Shown: positions 38,197 to 48,580, numbered from the stretch's first letter. The stretch is 64,000 bases of DNA from an uncultured Anaerolineaceae bacterium (GCA_964650135.1 CAZYTQ010000001.1:1434-65433), one strand, 5' to 3'. The notes: generated from the sequence alone by a model not told the origin. Numbers and translations are program-made.

Positions 38197-38994
38197 TCAC
38201 CGACGCAGCGACGGGACCTCGGCCTCGATGATGGGCCCCATCGACTGGAGCGCCTGGTGGGTCTCGCGGGTGAAGTCGTCCTCGGTCATCGAGGCGAGTC
38301 GCGCCTGGGGGACCTGGATGTGACGGGCCATCAGCTCCGCGGCCGCGTCGGCGTCACATGCCCGGGCCGCGTCGATGATCGCCGCGTGCTCCGCGACGGA
38401 CCGGTCGAGGCCGCCGCGCAGCAATGCCGACGGGCGCCGATACATGACCAGCTGGGCCATCAGCCGCCGATAGACGTCGAGCAGCTTGGAGTTGCCGGAC
38501 GCCACGATCCAGGCTTCGTGGAACGCGACGTTCGCGTCATAGAACCCCAGGAAGTCATCGACCGCGGCGCACTCCACCATGCGTGCCTGGGCGTGCGCGA
38601 ACGATTCGAACGCCTCCTCGCCCAGGATCGGCACCGCGAGCCGGACGGCGAGCATCTCCAGGGACTCACGCACCTGGTACGCCTCGAGGAAGTCCCGTCG
38701 AGTGAGCGTGCTCACGATCGCTCCGCGGCGGGGCGTGATGGTCACGAGGCCCTCGGCGGCGAGATCCCCGAGCGCCTCCCGGATGGGGCCTCGACTCACG
38801 CCCAGAGCGCCCGCGAGCGGCACCTCCTGGAGCACCGTGCCGGGCGCGATGCGGCTGGCCAGGATGCCGCCGCGGAGATGCTCGTACACGCGTTCCCGGA
38901 GCGTCTTGTTGTCGAAGCCGTCCACGGTCCGCCTTTCCATCTGCACGACAGCATCCCAAGGATATCCATCGTGGCGCGGTCTCGACGTGGCCAC
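38197..38994 (-). CDS. GntR-family (FadR/FCD-type) transcriptional regulator
   Basis: N-terminal winged HTH (LRERVYEHLRGGILASRIAPGTVLQEVPLAGALGVSRGPIREAL) and an FCD-like C-terminal domain. 4-nt overlap with the downstream PTE-like gene. The true start may be the internal Met at 38940. Confidence 0.8.
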   Translation of the reverse strand: MATSRPRHDGYPWDAVVQMERRTVDGFDNKTLRERVYEHLRGGILASRIAPGTVLQEVPLAGALGVSRGPIREALGDLAAEGLVTITPRRGAIVSTLTRRDFLEAYQVRESLEMLAVRLAVPILGEEAFESFAHAQARMVECAAVDDFLGFYDANVAFHEAWIVASGNSKLLDVYRRLMAQLVMYRRPSALLRGGLDRSVAEHAAIIDAARACDADAAAELMARHIQVPQARLASMTEDDFTRETHQALQSMGPIIEAEVPSLRR

Positions 38995-39006
38995 GGCGCC
39001 GCGACT

Positions 39007-39019
39007 TGTTGACTGTCAA
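39007..39019. promoter_or_regulatory. Perfect 13-bp palindrome GTTGAC-T-GTCAAC in the divergent gntR-like/amidohydrolase intergenic region; candidate GntR operator
   Basis: Read from the sequence. Fits the GntR-family operator pattern (GT-N-AC containing palindrome) and lies 25 nt upstream of the ATG at 39044. Confidence 0.45.
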
Positions 39020-39043
39020 CACTGCCCCGCGCATACTACATCG

Positions 39044-39781
39044 ATGGTGCTCGACAGCCACATGCACGTGGGCGACTTCCCGTACTTCGGGGTGGCCATC
39101 GACCGCGATGGGCTGGTGGCCACGATGCGCGAGCACGGGGTCGACACCGGCATGGTGTTCCATCCCGATAACCAGCTGGTCCGCGACATCATCGGCCGCA
39201 CGCCGGGTCTGTACGGACTGGTGTGGGTGAACCCGCGCGAGCCGGGCGCAGCGGCTTCGGTGGCCCGGCTCCTCGATGAGCCGGGGTCGCGATTCCGGGG
39301 CGTCAAGATGCACCCGCTGCTCGACGGATACCACCCGGACGACCCGATGGTCCATCCGGTCATGGAGGTCCTTCGCGAGCGACAGCTGCCGGCCCTCATC
39401 CACTGCGGTCACCCCATCTTCTCGCTGCCGTGGAGCATCGAGGAGCTCATCCGCCGCTTCCAGGACGTGCCCGTGATCCTGGGTCACATGGGACATGGCA
39501 ACATCGTCTACATCAACGCCTCGATCGATGTCGCGGCCCGCAACCCGCGGGTGTACCTGGAGACCTCCGGCATGCCGATGCATTCCAAGATCCGCGAGGC
39601 GGTCGAGCGCGCCGGTCCCGAGCGTGTCCTGTACGGGTCGGACGCCCCCTTCCATCACCTGACGGTGGAGCTCGCGAAGGTGCGCGTGAGCGGTCTGCCG
39701 GATCCGATCACGGACGCGGTCCTCGGCCAGAACGCCCAACGGTTGTTCTTTGGCTCGACCGCCCCCGACGTGGTCGCATGA
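39044..39781 (+). CDS. Amidohydrolase-2 family (TIM-barrel metal-dependent hydrolase) protein
   Basis: N-terminal DSHMHVGD (HxH metal site). ~245 aa. GHMGHGN and DAPFHH later in the sequence. Confidence 0.65.
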   Translation: MVLDSHMHVGDFPYFGVAIDRDGLVATMREHGVDTGMVFHPDNQLVRDIIGRTPGLYGLVWVNPREPGAAASVARLLDEPGSRFRGVKMHPLLDGYHPDDPMVHPVMEVLRERQLPALIHCGHPIFSLPWSIEELIRRFQDVPVILGHMGHGNIVYINASIDVAARNPRVYLETSGMPMHSKIREAVERAGPERVLYGSDAPFHHLTVELAKVRVSGLPDPITDAVLGQNAQRLFFGSTAPDVVA

Positions 39782-39911
39782 AGGGTCCCTCCCGGGCCGC
39801 ACCCGCGGATCCCCGAGCCGAGGACGGCCCACACTGAGCGCGCCACATTCGAACGTGGAGGGCAAGCCGCCGTCGGCGGACACCCGACCAGCAATGAGGA
39901 GGTTCTCGTCC

Positions 39912-40976
39912 ATGTCGGAACGAACGATGCGACGCGGGGTCCGCGTCTGGTCCGTCGGCCTGACGGCCGCGTTGCTGGCCGGGTCCGCGGTGCCTGTGCT
40001 CGCACAGGATGCGACCACACCGCCCATCACCACGATCGCCTACATCTCGCCCGAGGCGGGCACCGACTTCGGCTGGAACCAGCAGGGGCTGGCGGGTGCG
40101 GAGGCTGCCGCCGCGAGCATCGGCGCCGTGCTCATCAAGGCCGATGGCTCGGGCTATGACGACCCGGCACCCATCCTCAACCAGCTCCGGGAGGATGGTG
40201 CCCAGTTCATCATCGCCCAGGCGAGCGGCTACACGACCACGGCCGCCCAGTTCGCGCGTGACAACGGCATCCCGTCGATCGTGTGGGATCAGCCGGACGA
40301 GACCACGGCTGGCCTGGTCCAGGCGTTCGAGACCAACAGCCAGGAGGGCGGCTACCTCGCGGGCGTGCTCGCGGCGTTGACCAGCACGACCGGCACCGTG
40401 GGCATCGTCATCTCCGCGGATGACGTGAACTGGCACAAGCAGGCAGGCGGCTTCGCGGCCGGTGCCAAGGCCACCAACCCGGACATCCAGATCCTCCAGG
40501 CCCAGATCGGGCCCGCCGGCTATGGCGACGCGGCAGGTGGCAAGTCCACCACCGAGGCGATCATCGCGGGTGGCGCGGACGTCATCTTCGGCATGGGCGA
40601 CGGCTCGTCCTTCGGCATGCTCCAGGCGATCGAGACGGCCACCCCGCCGGCAGGCGCGGACAAGGTCTGGTTCATCGACGTGATCGGCGACAAGACCTCC
40701 ATCGACGCGCAGGGCGTCCTGCTCTCCTCGGTCGTGTGGGACTTCGCACCCGGATACATCCAGGCGCTCGCGGACGTGGCGGCCGGCACGTTCGGCAGCA
40801 CGGGCTACACGCTCGATGCGGCGAATGGGGGCATCAAGCTGCTCCAGACCGACAAGATCGGCGCGGATGCCTGGGCGGCCGTCGAAGCGGCCCAGGCCGG
40901 CATCGCCGACGGCACCATCACGGTCCCGCTCACGCCGACCCAGGCCGAGGTCGACGCGGTCGTCACCGGCCAGTAG
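39912..40976 (+). CDS. BMP-family (basic membrane protein/PnrA-like, nucleoside-type) ABC transporter substrate-binding protein
   Basis: GAGGAGG RBS 9 nt before the ATG. Signal peptide (VWSVGLTAALLAGSAVPVLAQ). IAYISPEAGTDFGWNQQG and composition fit BMP/PnrA SBPs. Confidence 0.75.
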   Translation: MSERTMRRGVRVWSVGLTAALLAGSAVPVLAQDATTPPITTIAYISPEAGTDFGWNQQGLAGAEAAAASIGAVLIKADGSGYDDPAPILNQLREDGAQFIIAQASGYTTTAAQFARDNGIPSIVWDQPDETTAGLVQAFETNSQEGGYLAGVLAALTSTTGTVGIVISADDVNWHKQAGGFAAGAKATNPDIQILQAQIGPAGYGDAAGGKSTTEAIIAGGADVIFGMGDGSSFGMLQAIETATPPAGADKVWFIDVIGDKTSIDAQGVLLSSVVWDFAPGYIQALADVAAGTFGSTGYTLDAANGGIKLLQTDKIGADAWAAVEAAQAGIADGTITVPLTPTQAEVDAVVTGQ

Positions 40977-41028
40977 TCCACCCCATGGGCGAGCGAGGAC
41001 CGTCACGCGCGTGGGCTCCTCGCTCGTC

Positions 41029-42681
41029 ATGACGCAGCCATCCGCGACCGCGGGGATCGAGATCCCCGCGGTCGAGCTGTCCGGTATCACCAAGGCGTTC
41101 CCCGGCGTCCTCGCCAACGACCACATCAGCCTTCGGGTGATGGGCGGGGAGGTCCTGTGCCTCCTGGGCGAGAACGGCGCCGGCAAGTCGACGCTCATGA
41201 GCATCCTCTCGGGTCTCTATCAGCCCGATGAGGGCACCATCCGGGTGCATGGCCGCGAGGTGCGCATCGACTCGCCACGGGCGGGTCGTGACCTGGGCAT
41301 CGGCATGGTCTATCAGCACCTGAGCCTCATCCCGACCCTGAGCGTCCTCGAGAACCTGATGCTCGGCTCGGAGCCGCGCATGGTCCTCGACGAGGCCGCT
41401 GCCCGCCGCCGGTTCGACGACCTCGCCGCGACGCTCGCCGTGCACATCGATCCGACGATCCGCGTCGGGGCGCTGGCGCTCGGCCAGCAGCAGTACGTGG
41501 AGATCATCAAGGCCCTCTGGAAAGGCTCACGGGTGCTCATCCTGGATGAGCCCACCTCGATGCTCACGCCCCAGGGCATCGAGGAGCTGCAGAAGGTGCT
41601 GCTGGGTCTCAAGGCTGCCGGGATGGCCATCATCTTCATCACCCACAAGCTCCACGAGGCCATCGCCATCGGCGATCGCGTGACGGTGCTCAAGACGGGT
41701 CGCGTGGTGGGCTCGCTCGGTCCTGCCGACATCGAGGGCGTGGACCCTGCCGTCATCCAGCGTCGCATCGTGGGCATCATGTTCGGTGACGACACCCCGG
41801 ACGTGGATGCCATCGCCGAGCTGCGCGAGGATCTCCAGGTCGCCACCGACGGAGCGGAGGCCGGCTCCGTCGCGCCAGCGGTCGACCGGCCGGTCGTGCT
41901 CGAGCTCGAGGGGGTCGCCGCCTCGGGTGGTCACGGCCAGCACAGCCTCGTCGACGCCACGTTCGAGCTGCGCGCGGGCGAGATCCTGGGCGTGGCAGGC
42001 ATGGACGGCAGCGGTCAGCACGCGCTCGCCGAGGTCATCGCGGGGCAGCGCCGGACGACCGCGGGCACGATCCGCCTCGAAGGTCGCCCCATCGAGGACG
42101 CGAACGTGGGTCGACGCCAACGCGCCGGGCTGCGCTATGTGACCGACGATCGTCTGGGCGAAGGCGTCGTGGGACGCTACCCGGTGAGCCTCAACCTCGT
42201 CCTCAAACGCATCGGGGACGCGCCCTTCTGGCGTCGGGGCACGCTCGACCGCGGCGCCATCGATGCGAACGCACGGGACCTGGTGGAACGGTTCGACATC
42301 CGCACGCCGAGCATCGACACCCACATCGGCAAGCTCAGCGGCGGCAACATCCAGAAGGCGCTGCTGGCCCGGGAGCTCTCGTTCGACCCACGGGTGGTGG
42401 TCTTCAACAAGCCCACGCACGGGCTCGATGTGCGGACCATCGGGGTGGTCCGGGAGCGCATCCGGGAGCTGGCTGCGCGTGGTGTCGGCATCATCGTCAT
42501 CTCCACCGACCTGGACGAGCTGCTCGACCTCTCCGAGCGCATCATCGTGCTGTCGCGCGGCCGGATCGTGGGCATCCTCGCCAACGGCCCGGACGCGGCG
42601 ACGCGGGTCGGCGAGCTGGTCATCGGTGCCCAGGCGGCGCCCCGTGGGGCTCCTGACACGCCACCGCGGGCCGCCGCGTGA
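41029..42681 (+). CDS. ABC transporter ATP-binding protein with two fused NBDs (BMP-family transporter ATPase)
   Basis: Walker A GENGAGKST, signature LSGGNIQK, two NBD repeats. Start at MTQPS (alternative GTG at 41011). Confidence 0.85.
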   Translation: MTQPSATAGIEIPAVELSGITKAFPGVLANDHISLRVMGGEVLCLLGENGAGKSTLMSILSGLYQPDEGTIRVHGREVRIDSPRAGRDLGIGMVYQHLSLIPTLSVLENLMLGSEPRMVLDEAAARRRFDDLAATLAVHIDPTIRVGALALGQQQYVEIIKALWKGSRVLILDEPTSMLTPQGIEELQKVLLGLKAAGMAIIFITHKLHEAIAIGDRVTVLKTGRVVGSLGPADIEGVDPAVIQRRIVGIMFGDDTPDVDAIAELREDLQVATDGAEAGSVAPAVDRPVVLELEGVAASGGHGQHSLVDATFELRAGEILGVAGMDGSGQHALAEVIAGQRRTTAGTIRLEGRPIEDANVGRRQRAGLRYVTDDRLGEGVVGRYPVSLNLVLKRIGDAPFWRRGTLDRGAIDANARDLVERFDIRTPSIDTHIGKLSGGNIQKALLARELSFDPRVVVFNKPTHGLDVRTIGVVRERIRELAARGVGIIVISTDLDELLDLSERIIVLSRGRIVGILANGPDAATRVGELVIGAQAAPRGAPDTPPRAAA

Positions 42682-43817
42682 CCACGACCACCGAGTCGAT
42701 CAGCGCCACGATCGTGCCCGAGGACGACGACGGCTCTCGCTGGCGGACGCTCCTTGGTCACCTGGCCACCTCGGTCGGACCCATCGTGCTCGCGTTCGTC
42801 GCGTCCGGGATCCTGCTGGCCATCATCGGTCGAGACCCCATCGCGTTCTATCGAGACATCCTGCAGGCCGGAGTGCTGCGGGCGTCGGGCCTCCAGGACA
42901 GCATCACACGCATGGCACCCGTGCTGCTGGTCGGTGCGGGTCTCGTGGTCGCCTTTCGCGGCAGCCTCTGGAACCTTGGTGTGGATGGCCAGTACCTGCT
43001 GGGCGCCGCGCTCGTGGCGGGCATCGGCCCGTGGCTCATGACGGTCGTCGCGTGGCCCATCGCGCTGGTGCTGCTGGCCATCATCGCCATCGGCGCGGGC
43101 GCCCTCTGGACCATCCCGCCGGCGGTCCTCAAGGCACGCTACGGGCTCAACGAGATCGTGACCACGCTCATGATGTCGTTCATCGGCGTGGCCATCGCGA
43201 ACATGCTCGTCAAGGGCCCATTCAAGGGCCCTCAGATGGTGCCCCAGACGGGCGTCATCCCACCCGAGCACATGTTGCCGAGCTTGTTCGGTACGAGCAT
43301 CGATGTGGGGGTCCCGTTGTCCCTGCTGGTCGTCCTCATCGTCCATATGGTGCTCACGAGGACCTCGTTCGGGGCCCGCCTGGACGTCCTGGGTGCCAGT
43401 CCGCGTGCCGCCATCCACCTGGGGATCGACGTGCCGCGCCTCATCGTCGTGGCATTCCTGCTCAGCGGCGGCCTCATCGGTCTGGCGGCCTTCGTGGACA
43501 TCGCGGGCGTGTTCGGGTTCATGCGTTCCGACTGGGATCCGGCGTACGGTCTCAAGGTGGTGCCGCTGGTGTTCCTCGCGCGCCTCAACGTGCTGGCCAT
43601 GATCCCGCTGGCACTGTTCTTCGGCATCCTGTCCATCGGCGGCGACTACGCCACGCGGCGGGCCGACCTGCCGAGCGACTTCCTGCTCGTGTTCATGGGT
43701 CTCATGTTCCTGTTCATGGTCGTGACCCAGTACCTCACGAACGCGCGGCCGAGCCGTCCCTCGCTCCGACGGACCCGCGGGGTCGCATCCGCGGTCGCCC
43801 CCGGGGATGCGGCATGA
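42678..43817 (+). CDS. ABC transporter permease (BMP-family, YufP-like)
   Basis: ATGA overlap. Multi-TM protein. Confidence 0.8.
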   Translation: MTTTTESISATIVPEDDDGSRWRTLLGHLATSVGPIVLAFVASGILLAIIGRDPIAFYRDILQAGVLRASGLQDSITRMAPVLLVGAGLVVAFRGSLWNLGVDGQYLLGAALVAGIGPWLMTVVAWPIALVLLAIIAIGAGALWTIPPAVLKARYGLNEIVTTLMMSFIGVAIANMLVKGPFKGPQMVPQTGVIPPEHMLPSLFGTSIDVGVPLSLLVVLIVHMVLTRTSFGARLDVLGASPRAAIHLGIDVPRLIVVAFLLSGGLIGLAAFVDIAGVFGFMRSDWDPAYGLKVVPLVFLARLNVLAMIPLALFFGILSIGGDYATRRADLPSDFLLVFMGLMFLFMVVTQYLTNARPSRPSLRRTRGVASAVAPGDAA

Positions 43818-44749
43818 GCGACCTCCTCACGCCCACGTTCCTGACGGCCCTGCTGGCGGCGGGCATCGTGGCCGGCGTGCCGCTGCTCTATGCCAGCCTC
43901 GGCGAGACCATCGCGGAGCGGTCCGGCGTGCTCAACGTCGGCCTCGAGGGCTTCATGATCTCGGGCGCGTTCGTCGCCTTCATGGTCACCCTCGCGACCG
44001 GTGAGCCCTGGCTGGGCTTCCTCGCTGGGGGCATCGCGGGGGCCCTGGTGTCGCTGGTGATGGTCGTGTTCTGTATCCGGATGGGCCTGGACCAGATCGT
44101 CGTGGGCATCGCGGTCATCCTGCTGGCCGAGGGCGCCACGAGCGTGATGCATCACATCTGGTACTCCGGGACCTATCCCAGGCTCCCGTCCGTGCCGGTG
44201 CTCAAGGTGCCGATCCTGTCCGAGGTCCCGATCCTCGGGGGGAGCCTGTTCAGCCAGCCGCTCATCGTGTATCTCGGCGTCGTGTTGGTGGCCGTCACGG
44301 CATGGGCCCTGCGACGGACCCGGATGGGTCTCGAGATCCGTGCGGCCGGTGAGCGACCGGACTCGCTGGACGCGGCGGGCGTCAGCGTGGTGCGCACGCG
44401 CACGCTCGCCGAGCTGATGTGCGGGTTCCTGGGCGGCATCGGGGGTGCCTACCTGTGCCTGGTGGGAGCCGGCACCTTCGTGCCCTTCGTGACCAATGGC
44501 ATGGGCTTCATCGCCATCGTCATCACGATGCTTGCGCGTGGTCGGCCGTGGTGGTCGGTCCTGGGTGGCCTGCTGTTCGGCATCTCGCTGTCGGCCGCGA
44601 CAGCGCTCCAGCTGGTGGGTATCCAGATCCCGCAGGACGTGGTGTTCATGCTGCCGTTCGTGTCGGTGATGGTGGTCCTGGTGCTCTTCGCTCGGGACGC
44701 GCGCCTGCCCTCGGCACTCGGCGTCCCGTATGTCCGGGGGGCCCGATGA
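43814..44749 (+). CDS. ABC transporter permease (BMP-family, YufQ-like)
   Basis: ATGA overlap. Multi-TM protein. Confidence 0.8.
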   Translation: MSDLLTPTFLTALLAAGIVAGVPLLYASLGETIAERSGVLNVGLEGFMISGAFVAFMVTLATGEPWLGFLAGGIAGALVSLVMVVFCIRMGLDQIVVGIAVILLAEGATSVMHHIWYSGTYPRLPSVPVLKVPILSEVPILGGSLFSQPLIVYLGVVLVAVTAWALRRTRMGLEIRAAGERPDSLDAAGVSVVRTRTLAELMCGFLGGIGGAYLCLVGAGTFVPFVTNGMGFIAIVITMLARGRPWWSVLGGLLFGISLSAATALQLVGIQIPQDVVFMLPFVSVMVVLVLFARDARLPSALGVPYVRGAR

Positions 44750-44819
44750 GGCGTCATCCCCGCCGAGTCGCCGGCTCGCGGCGGAGCGGCATCCGACCGA
44801 TCACCATGGAGGTGGACCG

Positions 44820-46019
44820 ATGGAGCCAGCAGATCTGACCCTGAGCGCAGGGCCCAACGATGTCTTCCCCGAGGTCCGGGCTGCCATGGGCGGCCCCGTG
44901 CTGTATCACTACGACCCCGTGTTCAAGGACCGATTCCGGGCCGCCGAGGCGGCCGTCGGCCGCATCTTCGGGTCGACCAGCCACGAGATCATCCTGATGC
45001 AGGGCGAGGCGATCCTGGGCCTGGAGGCGGCGGCACGTGCCCTCACGACCCGTGGCACGCCCTGCCTCAACCTCGTGTCGGGTGTGTTCGGCAAGGGATT
45101 CGGGATGTGGCTGTCGGCCATCGGCGCCGAGCTCCACGAGATCGAGGTCCCCTATGACCAGTCGATCGACCCCGCCGCAGTGGGGGCGTATCTCGACGCG
45201 CATCCGGACATCAAGGTGCTCGCGGTCGTCCACTCGGAGACGCCGTCGGGCACCGTGAACCCGGTCGATCGCATCGGCCCCATCTGTCGGGCACGCGGCG
45301 TGGTGACCATCGTGGATGCCGTGTCCTCGTACGGCGGGATCGAGCTGCGGCCCGAGGAATGGCAGCTGGACCTCGTGGTCGCGGGGCCCCAGAAGTGTCT
45401 CGGTGGACCCCCCGGCATGTCCCTGATGGCCATCTCCGACCAGGCATGGGCGGCCATCGAGGCCAATCCGGACGCGCCACGCGGGTCGTTCCTGAGCGTG
45501 CTCGACTGGCGCGACCTGTGGCATCGCGAGGGTCGCTTCCCGTTCACCCCCTCGGTACCCGACGTGATGGGCGTGCTGGCTGCCGCGGAGCTGCTGCTGG
45601 CCACGGGGACCGACGTCGTGCTGGCACGTCACGAGCGGGTCGCGCAGGCGTGTCGGGCCGGTGTCCGGGGCATGGGTCTCCGGCTGTGGGGCGTCTCCGA
45701 CGACATCCTCGCCGCATCGGTGACCTCCATCCGGGTGCCTGACGGCATCACGGACATCCAGGTGCGCGACCATGCCCGGGCGACGTACGGGGTGCAGCTG
45801 TCGGCCGGCCAGGGAGCGGGCAACATCATCCGCATCGGTCATATGGGCAACACGGCCCGGCCCGCGTTCGCCGTCGCCGGACTCGCGGCGATCGGCCAGA
45901 CGATGCGTGACCTGGGTGTCGAGATCGACATCGGGGCCGGTATCGACGCAGCGATGGCGTCGCTGTCCGGGACGGCACCGGGCATGTCGGCCCGTGCGGC
46001 GGCCGGGAGCCCGCCATGA
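44820..46019 (+). CDS. Class V aminotransferase (alanine-glyoxylate/serine-pyruvate aminotransferase-like, PLP-dependent)
   Basis: ~399 aa. Start at MEPADLTLSAGP after a GGAGGTGG RBS. Paralog of 50921..52096. Confidence 0.75.
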   Translation: MEPADLTLSAGPNDVFPEVRAAMGGPVLYHYDPVFKDRFRAAEAAVGRIFGSTSHEIILMQGEAILGLEAAARALTTRGTPCLNLVSGVFGKGFGMWLSAIGAELHEIEVPYDQSIDPAAVGAYLDAHPDIKVLAVVHSETPSGTVNPVDRIGPICRARGVVTIVDAVSSYGGIELRPEEWQLDLVVAGPQKCLGGPPGMSLMAISDQAWAAIEANPDAPRGSFLSVLDWRDLWHREGRFPFTPSVPDVMGVLAAAELLLATGTDVVLARHERVAQACRAGVRGMGLRLWGVSDDILAASVTSIRVPDGITDIQVRDHARATYGVQLSAGQGAGNIIRIGHMGNTARPAFAVAGLAAIGQTMRDLGVEIDIGAGIDAAMASLSGTAPGMSARAAAGSPP

Positions 46020-46915
46020 CCCGACTCGCCCCGTTCCGGCTCCACCAGCCGGCATCGGTGCCCGAGGCCACGGCCCTGCTCCGGGATCTGGGCGACGACG
46101 CCGCGGTCTACGCCGGCGGCACGGAGCTCCTGCTGCTGCTCAAGCTGGGCCTCGCGAGCGTGGCCGACCTGGTGGACCTCAAGCGGATCCCGGGTCTTGA
46201 CACGGTCTCGGTCGACGAGGACGGGGTGCTGCGCATCGGCGCGACCGCGACCCATCGACGCATCGAGCGCTCGCCCATCGTGGCTGCCGGCTGGCCGGCC
46301 CTCGCCTTCGTGGAAGGGCGCATCGCGAACATCCGTGTCCGGAGCGCCGGCACCCTGGGGGGCAACCTCTGCTTCGCCGACCCGCACTCGGACCCGGCGA
46401 CCCTGCTGCTGGCCGGGGATGCCCGGATCGTGGTCGGCGATGGGAAGACGGAGCGTACGCTCCGTCTCGGCGAGTTCCTGCTCGGGCCCTGGGAGACGGC
46501 ACTCCAGCCCGGCGAGCTGCTCCTGGCCATCGAGGTGCCCCCGCTGCCGGCCGGTGCCGGGATGTCCCATCAGCGGTTCCACGTGCACGAACGACCGGCG
46601 GCGACGGTCAGCAGTCTCGTGCGCGTGGAGGATGGCCGGCTGGCGGAGGTCAGGGTCGCGGTCGGTTCCGTGGGTCATCGATCGGTGCGTGTGCCGGAGG
46701 CCGAGACGCTGTTGACTGGCCAGGCGGCCGACGCCCTCGATGACCAGCTGCTGCGTGCCGCGGGCGAGCTGGCGGCGACCGCTGCCGAGCCGGACACGGA
46801 CAGCAACGGCACGGCCGTGTTCAAGGCGAACCTGGTGACCGTGCTCGTCGGACGGGCGGTCCGGGATGCCCTCGGCCGACATGGCCGCGATGACCAGCGC
46901 GGTCGCCCGACGTAA
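46016..46915 (+). CDS. FAD-binding subunit of a molybdenum hydroxylase (xanthine dehydrogenase family, CoxM/CutM-like)
   Basis: AVYAGGTELLLLLKLGL FAD-binding motif, TLGGNL, and CO-dehydrogenase-flavoprotein-like C-terminal region. ATGA overlap with the aminotransferase stop. Confidence 0.75.
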   Translation: MTRLAPFRLHQPASVPEATALLRDLGDDAAVYAGGTELLLLLKLGLASVADLVDLKRIPGLDTVSVDEDGVLRIGATATHRRIERSPIVAAGWPALAFVEGRIANIRVRSAGTLGGNLCFADPHSDPATLLLAGDARIVVGDGKTERTLRLGEFLLGPWETALQPGELLLAIEVPPLPAGAGMSHQRFHVHERPAATVSSLVRVEDGRLAEVRVAVGSVGHRSVRVPEAETLLTGQAADALDDQLLRAAGELAATAAEPDTDSNGTAVFKANLVTVLVGRAVRDALGRHGRDDQRGRPT

Positions 46916-46937
46916 CGCCTGAGTCCTGGAGGCCCCG

Positions 46938-48062
46938 ATGACCGACCCCCGAGATGCCTGGATCCGCGAGCAGGTCGCCGCACGACGGGAGCTGCTGGGT
47001 GGCGTCATCACAGCGGTCCATGCCACACCCGAGCTGGCGCACGAGGAGCATCGGACCGCGGCATCGCTGGTGCGCACGCTGGCGGAGCTCGGCCTCTCGG
47101 TCGAGACCGGCATCGCCGGCATGCCGACGGCCTTCCGCGCCACGCTGCGGGGCGACCTGCCCGGTCGGACCGTGGGCATCGTCGCCAACTACGACGCCGT
47201 GCCATCCGTGCCCCGACCGGGTGTCATCGAGCCCATCCATTCATGTGGCCACGGACCCAACAGCGCTGCGGTCGTGGGTGTCGTGGCGGCGCTGGCCGCG
47301 GATCGTGCGGCACTCCACGGGAGCGTCGTGGTGATGGGTTGTCCGGCGGACGAGATCCACGCGCCGAACACGGTGGCACGCGGCGGAGGCAAGGCACTCT
47401 CTGCCCGCGGAGGCGCATGGGCGGGTATCGACGTCGCGCTCTACGCCCACCCGGAGTTCCTCGACACGGCCTGGCTGGAGTCGGCCTGGATGCGTCGCGA
47501 CACCGCGAGCGTGTATGGCACGCGAGACCTCGCCGATGGCGCACCCCGGGCAGAGCTCCGGGCGCTCGCGGCCGCCGCGGAGGCCGCCATCGAGATCCCC
47601 GGCACGCGCCTGATGCTCGAGACGCTCGTCTTCGATGGCGATGTCGAGTCGAACACGGGCGTCGGGTGGAGCGCGCGGTTCCTGCTCTGGGCGCCCGACG
47701 AGGCCGGGATCGACCAGCTCGCCGCCTGGCTGCGTGAGCGGGTGGACGCGGACTGGGAGTCCGGCGACCTGTGGCCGGGCATCGCGCCCGACGACGGCGT
47801 GCGCGCCGCCGTGGCTGCCGCGCATCGAGCGGCCGGCCGGCAGTACGTGGAGCCGCCGATGCCGCTGCCCTTCGCGGCCGACTTCGGGGTCATCACGCGC
47901 ATGGTCCCGGCCGCGCTCGTGGGGGTCGGTCGACCCGGCGGCTGGGCGTTCCACACACCCGAGGGATACGCCCAGTTCTCGTCCGACGCGGGTCTCGACG
48001 CGGCCGTCGACACGGCGACCGTGCTCGCACTCGCCGCGGAGCGGCTGACCGCGCCCTCGTGA
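46938..48062 (+). CDS. M20D-family amidohydrolase (aminoacylase/hippurate hydrolase-like)
   Basis: HSCGHG metal-binding motif and ~374 aa size fit peptidase M20D. Confidence 0.7.
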   Translation: MTDPRDAWIREQVAARRELLGGVITAVHATPELAHEEHRTAASLVRTLAELGLSVETGIAGMPTAFRATLRGDLPGRTVGIVANYDAVPSVPRPGVIEPIHSCGHGPNSAAVVGVVAALAADRAALHGSVVVMGCPADEIHAPNTVARGGGKALSARGGAWAGIDVALYAHPEFLDTAWLESAWMRRDTASVYGTRDLADGAPRAELRALAAAAEAAIEIPGTRLMLETLVFDGDVESNTGVGWSARFLLWAPDEAGIDQLAAWLRERVDADWESGDLWPGIAPDDGVRAAVAAAHRAAGRQYVEPPMPLPFAADFGVITRMVPAALVGVGRPGGWAFHTPEGYAQFSSDAGLDAAVDTATVLALAAERLTAPS

Positions 48063-48499
48063 GGCGCTGGCTCGCGGTCGGAGTGGTCGCGGGCCTGCTG
48101 TTCGGGCTCGCTTGGGTCGCGCTGGCCGCGACCCTGCCACCACTGCGTGTCTCCTGCGATCCGGCGGTGCCCCAGGATGTGTGCACGGAGACCGCGGACG
48201 CGGGACTGCGTCGGGGGATGCCCCGGCTCCGGCCACTCATCACCGAGGCTGTCGTCGTGCCAGGGCCCGAGTTCCCCGATGGTCATGGCCACCGGGCGAC
48301 GGTACGCTACCTCCTGCTCCCCGGGCCGGTGGTCAACGAACGATTGTTCTTTGACACGGGTGGGCACTGGGGTGCCATCCCCGACCAGTCCGACGTCGCG
48401 CTGGCCCTGTGGGCGCTGCTGCCAGTGGCCACCGCGATCGCGGCGGGTGCGCTGATCGGTGTGTGGGTCGGCCGGCGGCGGGTCGGACCAGCGGCCTGA
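48059..48499 (+). CDS. Hypothetical small membrane protein (two predicted TM helices)
   Basis: GTGA overlap with the M20 stop. Hydrophobic N- and C-terminal segments. No recognisable family. Confidence 0.3.
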   Translation: MRRWLAVGVVAGLLFGLAWVALAATLPPLRVSCDPAVPQDVCTETADAGLRRGMPRLRPLITEAVVVPGPEFPDGHGHRATVRYLLLPGPVVNERLFFDTGGHWGAIPDQSDVALALWALLPVATAIAAGALIGVWVGRRRVGPAA

Positions 48500-48580
48500 C
48501 CGGCCATCGGACCAGCGGCCTGACCGGCCTTCGGGTCGGGTCAGCGGCGTGACACGCCGCCATCGGGTCGACCCGGCGGG

